Source: Candidatus Hydrogenedentota bacterium
GTDB taxonomy: Bacteria > Hydrogenedentota > Hydrogenedentia > Hydrogenedentales > SLHB01
Length of the DNA: 64,000 nucleotides
Assembly: GCA_963668025.2 (NCBI GenBank)
Contig: CAXXTH010000012.1
Coordinates: 96,001 to 160,000, forward strand
Direction of reading: 5' to 3'
The position numbers and the translations under genes are program-made. Positions 59,407 to 64,000 of the stretch are shown here, piece after piece. How positions within the stretch are numbered: the first letter of the stretch is position 1; every line of letters begins with the position of its first letter. The notes below the pieces were generated by a model that saw only the letters and a program-made list of their open reading frames with translations, ran no database searches and was not told where the DNA came from.

Positions 59407-59660
59407 CGTTCCTGTTCCTTCCCCAAAATGCCCAGCTATATACGATAAACACGTTTCGTAGCATAGAATAAAGCTTAGCATTAGTCATTCCGGCCCGCAC
59501 GAATAGATTGCGCAAAAATTCGTACAGGATCTTCATATTTCTTGCAAAGAAGCATAAAGGCGAAAATGGGAAGCTTTGTTCCGGGCAAGAGACATGGGAA
59601 AACTACGGATGGAATAAGTAACATGCCATCCTTTCACCAAATCGCCCAATGAGAAAGAAC

Positions 59661-59697
59661 GAAAGAACAAATCATATGACATAGTTTACGTAAGAAG
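59661..59697 (-). promoter_or_regulatory. 37-bp conserved upstream element, copy 1
   Basis: 32/37 identical to 62584-62620. Confidence 0.55.
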
Positions 59698-59777
59698 TTA
59701 TGTAGGATATTATAGAGTATAGCTCTGATATTACTGCTCCTGGAAGAATATATCATGTGTACGTATTGAAGAAATAA

Positions 59778-59874
59778 CGTAAAACCGCCTACCTGTCATC
59801 TCCGCGAACGCGGGGATCCAGAGAATTTGCACTGGATTCCCGCTTTCGCGGGAATGACAACGGGGTAGTTTACG
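59778..59874. repeat. Palindromic REP/MITE-like element
   Basis: TGTCATCTCCGCGAACGCGGGGATCCAG pairs with CTGGATTCCCGCTTTCGCGGGAATGACA; outer CGTAAA/TTTACG. Confidence 0.8.
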
Positions 59875-60186
59875 GGATTTTATAGAACGGATGCTATTAG
59901 TCGGTGGGGGAAATCCACCGTATTATGGTTCATCCGCACGCCCAAGAACGGCTCCAATAAGCTGCGGCTATCCCTCGGCAAGGCGAATGGAGCGGTAATA
60001 ACAGAGCTGCACCCCCAAAAAAAATCTCGAACCGCTTATTCGCACATTCGAGCATATAGAAACGTGGATCTCTGCGATACTTTGCGTTCTCCCGCGCCTC
60101 TGCGATGAAAATGACTCAACACAACCAAGAAGATAAATCTCCGAGAATGATGTTTTTTAGCCATGCTAACAAGATGAAACAAGATT

Positions 60187-62493
60187 TTACTTCACTAAAC
60201 TCTCATCGACCGCCAATAGGAATCGTGCGGTGTGCTCGCTAAAATCCGGACCCATCTGGGATCGCGATAGCGCAATGACCAGCTCGTTGTCCAGATCCAC
60301 CAGTAAGATCGTTCCTGAACCGGCCCCGTGTCCAATAATGTTTGGACTCAAGATCATCCGGTCATCCGGAATATCGCCTTTGCCTGCATCGGGATGCCGC
60401 TGTGGCATGTGGCCAATACCCAATCCGTAAGCAAATCCCCGGTTCTCGATTTCGGGGAATGCTTCTTCCAGAGGATGGTCCATCAATAACTCGAACGTCT
60501 GGGGCGAGAAAAACTCCAGCTTGCCATAGGAACCGCGATTGCAAAGCAGTTGGCCGATCTTTGCCAAATCCTCGACGGTACACATCGTGCCGTATGACAT
60601 GGCGACGATCGAGGTTTGGCCGCTCATCCCCAATGGACCAAAGAAATTCTCATGAAACAGGCGAAAGATGCTTTTCCCGCTCACGATTTCCATGACTTTT
60701 CCCGCTAAGTCAAAGCTTGTGCCGTTGTAGATCCAAACCTTGCCGGGCCTAAGGTTTTCCACGCCGTTGGCGATGACGTTGTCGAGCCATGGATTATTCA
60801 TGTTGCACCATTCGCTCTCGACATCCAGGCCGGTCGTCATGGTCAAGCAATGATGCAAAGTGACCGCCTTGCCACCCGTCGTGGGAAAGTCCGGCAAATA
60901 TGTCCCGACTGGATCGTCCAATCCGATCAATCCCTGGTCGAGAAACTGGGCGAAAAGCATTCCACTGAGCGATTTTGTGAGTGACGCCAGTGGAAACTGC
61001 GTGTTCACGTCGGTTGGGCGCTCCGTAGTGCTGCCGACCGCTTCATGAATAACAACGACACCTCGGCGGGCAACCAATACCGTCATGGGATCGCCCGTGG
61101 CCTTATACCACTGTTCGCAAGCGTCATGGATGCGCGCGGCGCTATCGGATTTCATTCCGGCTTCTTCTGGCGCGCCTGTTCGTAGAACAATCGCCGGCGC
61201 ACCATCTTTTTTGTGGGGCAATGCAAGACCCGGATATTTATTTTCCACACCCAAAATTTTCCGCTTGAGCGCCAGATGATAATCTTGATCGCGAATATCG
61301 GGGCCATCTAGCTGGACAGGCTCCCGCCCCAATGGTTTGCTCTCCGCCAAGTGAGCCATCAAACGCGCCCCAGAAGGCTCGGTCGACAAAAATTCAAAAA
61401 ACCAGTTGCCCACGGCGGAACCAATCTGCTCACGCTGTTCCACCAGAGCCTCAGGATTGATGGGGCCGTCCGCTGCTAATGGTTGCAGATATGCCACCCA
61501 ATTCTCTTCCCAGGGATGCCAGTTTTGGTTGCGGCAATAGAAAGTCTGCGCACGGCGAACGGTCATGCCATTGGAAGTTTTTCCTTCGATATACGCGGCG
61601 TATCGGCCCGGCTTCTCCGGAGTAGCTACCTCATTGAACCCGGCGTCGAACCAACGGATATTCAGCGGAAACTCACCGAAAACTGATTTCACCTTATCGG
61701 GATTCTCCCAATGAAGTTTCGGAAAACCGCCAACCTCAAACATGTAGTCCCAACGCCCCTCAGGCCGTATTGCGACGTCCTGGAAATCCTTGACGGCTTG
61801 GCTGCGTTCTTGTTGTGCGACGATCTCCGCGGCCTTGTCTGGCGCCATCAGCTCAAATACATATCCCCAGTTGTTGCCGTGGTTTTCATTCTTGATCAAT
61901 ACCCGGTTCAGGCCCTTATTGAGATGGATGGGAAAATTGAAAGTGCGCCCGATGCAATGCCGCCCAAAACCATTCCAGTCACTGTGCAGCCGTTCACCAT
62001 TGATCCAAACCTGGGAGCTGTCCCCCGCCCCTAAGAAACCGTGATAATCCAAATCGCGCTCCGACCATAAATACGCAAACGCATACGCGGCCTCCCCCTT
62101 CATCCCGATGTAATGGTCAAAAAATGAAGTGATATGGTCCGGCCGGGCTTTGCTGCGCATAGTTTTCGCCGTCTGAGGCGCACCGGCTTCGTCAAGAAAC
62201 GAAACCTGTGTCGTGCTAGTGATGACTGCGTTGGTTTCTCCGCCCACTTCGGCCAAGTAATCCTTGCCGTAACCGATGAGCGGTTCATTTCCTGTCATCA
62301 CTTCTCCTTCGGCCGGTTTTGGAAACGGACCCACCAACAACCAGTCACAAACGAAATCATCGCCAGACCCCACAACATGAACCGGCGCTCTGTTCACATC
62401 TGACGGAGGCGCTCCGCTCAGCATCGATATGGATTGGCAACTCATAAATCCCAGACTTGCCACAAGTATCAATATAAGCGGCATGCGATTCAT
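60187..62493 (-). CDS. Exported serine hydrolase (beta-lactamase/PBP-like fold) with an N-terminal beta-sandwich domain
   Basis: FPLASLTKS (SxxK), LDDPVGTYLP, LGM, GHGAGSG; N-terminal DWLLVGPF...LNKGLNRVLIK; possible lipobox FMSC; GAGG RBS before ATG 62493. Confidence 0.82.
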   Translation of the reverse strand: MNRMPLILILVASLGFMSCQSISMLSGAPPSDVNRAPVHVVGSGDDFVCDWLLVGPFPKPAEGEVMTGNEPLIGYGKDYLAEVGGETNAVITSTTQVSFLDEAGAPQTAKTMRSKARPDHITSFFDHYIGMKGEAAYAFAYLWSERDLDYHGFLGAGDSSQVWINGERLHSDWNGFGRHCIGRTFNFPIHLNKGLNRVLIKNENHGNNWGYVFELMAPDKAAEIVAQQERSQAVKDFQDVAIRPEGRWDYMFEVGGFPKLHWENPDKVKSVFGEFPLNIRWFDAGFNEVATPEKPGRYAAYIEGKTSNGMTVRRAQTFYCRNQNWHPWEENWVAYLQPLAADGPINPEALVEQREQIGSAVGNWFFEFLSTEPSGARLMAHLAESKPLGREPVQLDGPDIRDQDYHLALKRKILGVENKYPGLALPHKKDGAPAIVLRTGAPEEAGMKSDSAARIHDACEQWYKATGDPMTVLVARRGVVVIHEAVGSTTERPTDVNTQFPLASLTKSLSGMLFAQFLDQGLIGLDDPVGTYLPDFPTTGGKAVTLHHCLTMTTGLDVESEWCNMNNPWLDNVIANGVENLRPGKVWIYNGTSFDLAGKVMEIVSGKSIFRLFHENFFGPLGMSGQTSIVAMSYGTMCTVEDLAKIGQLLCNRGSYGKLEFFSPQTFELLMDHPLEEAFPEIENRGFAYGLGIGHMPQRHPDAGKGDIPDDRMILSPNIIGHGAGSGTILLVDLDNELVIALSRSQMGPDFSEHTARFLLAVDESLVK

Positions 62494-62583
62494 TTGTTTT
62501 TCCTCTGTTTCATTTGTTTTGCTTTCAATATGAAAACTCACATTTAGAAAGAAAGAATACAATAGTCGCTCTTGGGTTACATG

Positions 62584-62620
62584 GAAAGAATAAACCATTT
62601 GACATAGTTTACGAAACAAG
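62584..62620 (-). promoter_or_regulatory. 37-bp conserved upstream element, copy 2
   Basis: 32/37 identical to 59661-59697. Confidence 0.55.
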
Positions 62621-62684
62621 CGGCGATGAAGGCTATTATATTCGCGTCCATTCGCGGTTCTCAGGATTCATTTCACTCCCGCCG

Positions 62685-64000
62685 TCATGAACCGCCGGTC
62701 TGCGCCAATCGGCGGGCAATCGGGCGAAGCGCTTCATATAACTCCACGTAGATGCTATACCGTTCCTGGTATGCCGAGACGGCATCCGGTTGCGGATCTA
62801 CCGTTTTCCCATGATGCACCCATTGCTGCACGATGGATTTGAGCGCGCCCGCTCCATCCAACGCACCACGGGCCAGCATGCCGCAGGCGGCGACGCCGAT
62901 CTCCTCATTTTGCAGGACCGTCACCGGCATGCGATACGCATTGGCCCGCAGTTGGAGAAGCTGCTGGTTTTTGGCCGCGCCGCCTCCCGCGAACACACGG
63001 GTGACCGGCAGGCCCGCTTTCCGCAGGTTCTCTAGATTCAGCGCCATCTCGAATGCAATGCCTTCCAGCAGCCCGCGCGCCATGTCCGCCCGCGTGGTGG
63101 CTAAGGTGAGGCCGAGGAATCCCCCCCGAGCACTCGCATCCATATGGGGAGTAGCGGCTCCCGCGAAGTAGGCGGGAACCAGCGCCGGATTTTCGGCCTG
63201 CATGGCGCTTTCAACAATCACATCATAGACATTACGGCCAGACCGTGAAGCCTCCAGTTCCTCGGGAGAGGCAAGCTGGCCTTTCCACCATTGCAAGAGA
63301 TTTCCGCCGCAGGTGCTGAACGCATTGGTGCAGTAAAGGCCATCGGCGGATTGCGGATTACAGGTCAGCGAGCTCCGCTGCATCGCTTCCGATGTATTAG
63401 CGCTGTCGAAGGTGGCGTTCAGGCTATCTGAACTTCCCATGGAATTGACGACGACGCCCGGTTCGATGGCCCCGCCTCCAAGCGCAGCGCAGGATTGATC
63501 CCAGCCGCCTGATACGAGTACGCATCTGGGGTCGAGCCCTAATTTGCTACACATTTGCCCCGGTATTTCGCCCACGATGCGTCCCGCCGGAACAATGCGC
63601 CCCAGATACTCCCGGCTCAATCCCGCCAATCCCAGAATCTCGTCCGACCAATCGCCTTGGCGCACATCATAGAGCCCCGTGCGGCCAGCCAGAGACGGAG
63701 CCAGCGCCGGTTCAAGGCCGAGCCATGCCGCCAGCATTTCATTCCAACATAAAAAGCGCCGGGCATGCGCGAACACCTCGGGTTTTTCCGTTTTCCACCA
63801 GAGGATCTTTCCCAATGTCAAAATGGGGTGCAACACTTGGCCCGTGATGCGAAAAAGAGCCTCAGGCCCCATGCATTCAGATGCAAAGCGTTCAACCTGG
63901 CGGCGGGAACGAAGATCAAGGGCGGTGATGCTTCGGTCGAGGCATTGGCCTTGCGCATCCACGGGCACGACCGCCTCACCCAATGCAGCGGACGCGATGG
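62685..64000 (-). CDS. FGGY-family carbohydrate kinase (5' end lies outside the window)
   Basis: KILWWK, AGRTGLYD, GGWDQSCAALG, RGLLEGIAF and GGGAAKN motifs. Confidence 0.9.
   Translation of the reverse strand, partial: IASAALGEAVVPVDAQGQCLDRSITALDLRSRRQVERFASECMGPEALFRITGQVLHPILTLGKILWWKTEKPEVFAHARRFLCWNEMLAAWLGLEPALAPSLAGRTGLYDVRQGDWSDEILGLAGLSREYLGRIVPAGRIVGEIPGQMCSKLGLDPRCVLVSGGWDQSCAALGGGAIEPGVVVNSMGSSDSLNATFDSANTSEAMQRSSLTCNPQSADGLYCTNAFSTCGGNLLQWWKGQLASPEELEASRSGRNVYDVIVESAMQAENPALVPAYFAGAATPHMDASARGGFLGLTLATTRADMARGLLEGIAFEMALNLENLRKAGLPVTRVFAGGGAAKNQQLLQLRANAYRMPVTVLQNEEIGVAACGMLARGALDGAGALKSIVQQWVHHGKTVDPQPDAVSAYQERYSIYVELYEALRPIARRLAQTGGS

Noticed and set aside
59880-60180. ncRNA or small gene in the long intergenic stretch
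   Set aside because: Only short hairpins and partial repeats are visible; no recognisable RNA family or credible ORF.
60187-62493. Antibiotic-resistance beta-lactamase
   Set aside because: Only the general SxxK fold is supported; the class-defining motifs are altered.
1-64000. Numerous 60-290 aa overlapping ORFs in the track
   Set aside because: Antisense or alternate-frame shadows of GC-rich genes with no recognisable motifs.

Overview
GC-rich bacterial chromosomal window. The [18 protein letters not shown]-type DUF1559 pilin-like proteins suggest Candidatus Hydrogenedentes or a PVC-like lineage (inference). Left part (1-30 kb): a LarA-family racemase, an intact ISKra4-family IS, a tRNA-Leu with the rare AAG anticodon, a GH27 alpha-galactosidase, serA, an esterase, an ETF-QO/FixCX-like oxidoreductase, three tandem mosaic H-X9-DG (DUF1559-like) genes interrupted by an intact IS1380-family IS, an IS630 relic, a frameshifted 13-PAS hybrid histidine kinase, an ABC operon with a double binding protein and an embedded STAS fusion, and a DUF2239 gene whose promoter is overlapped by twin palindromes. 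Right part (30-64 kb): a large carbohydrate-utilisation region. A ~24 kb minus-strand cluster divergent from an AraC regulator encodes an ADP-ribosylglycohydrolase, a GH99/WbsX-like protein, two prepilin DUF1559 proteins, two sugar ABC systems and four LamG-GH32-like proteins. Beyond it lie a fifth GH32-like gene, a surface beta-helix protein, a serine hydrolase and an FGGY kinase. Best candidate for an undescribed system: all five GH32-like proteins lack the canonical ECP acid/base glutamate. All calls come from reading motifs by eye; no database searches were run.
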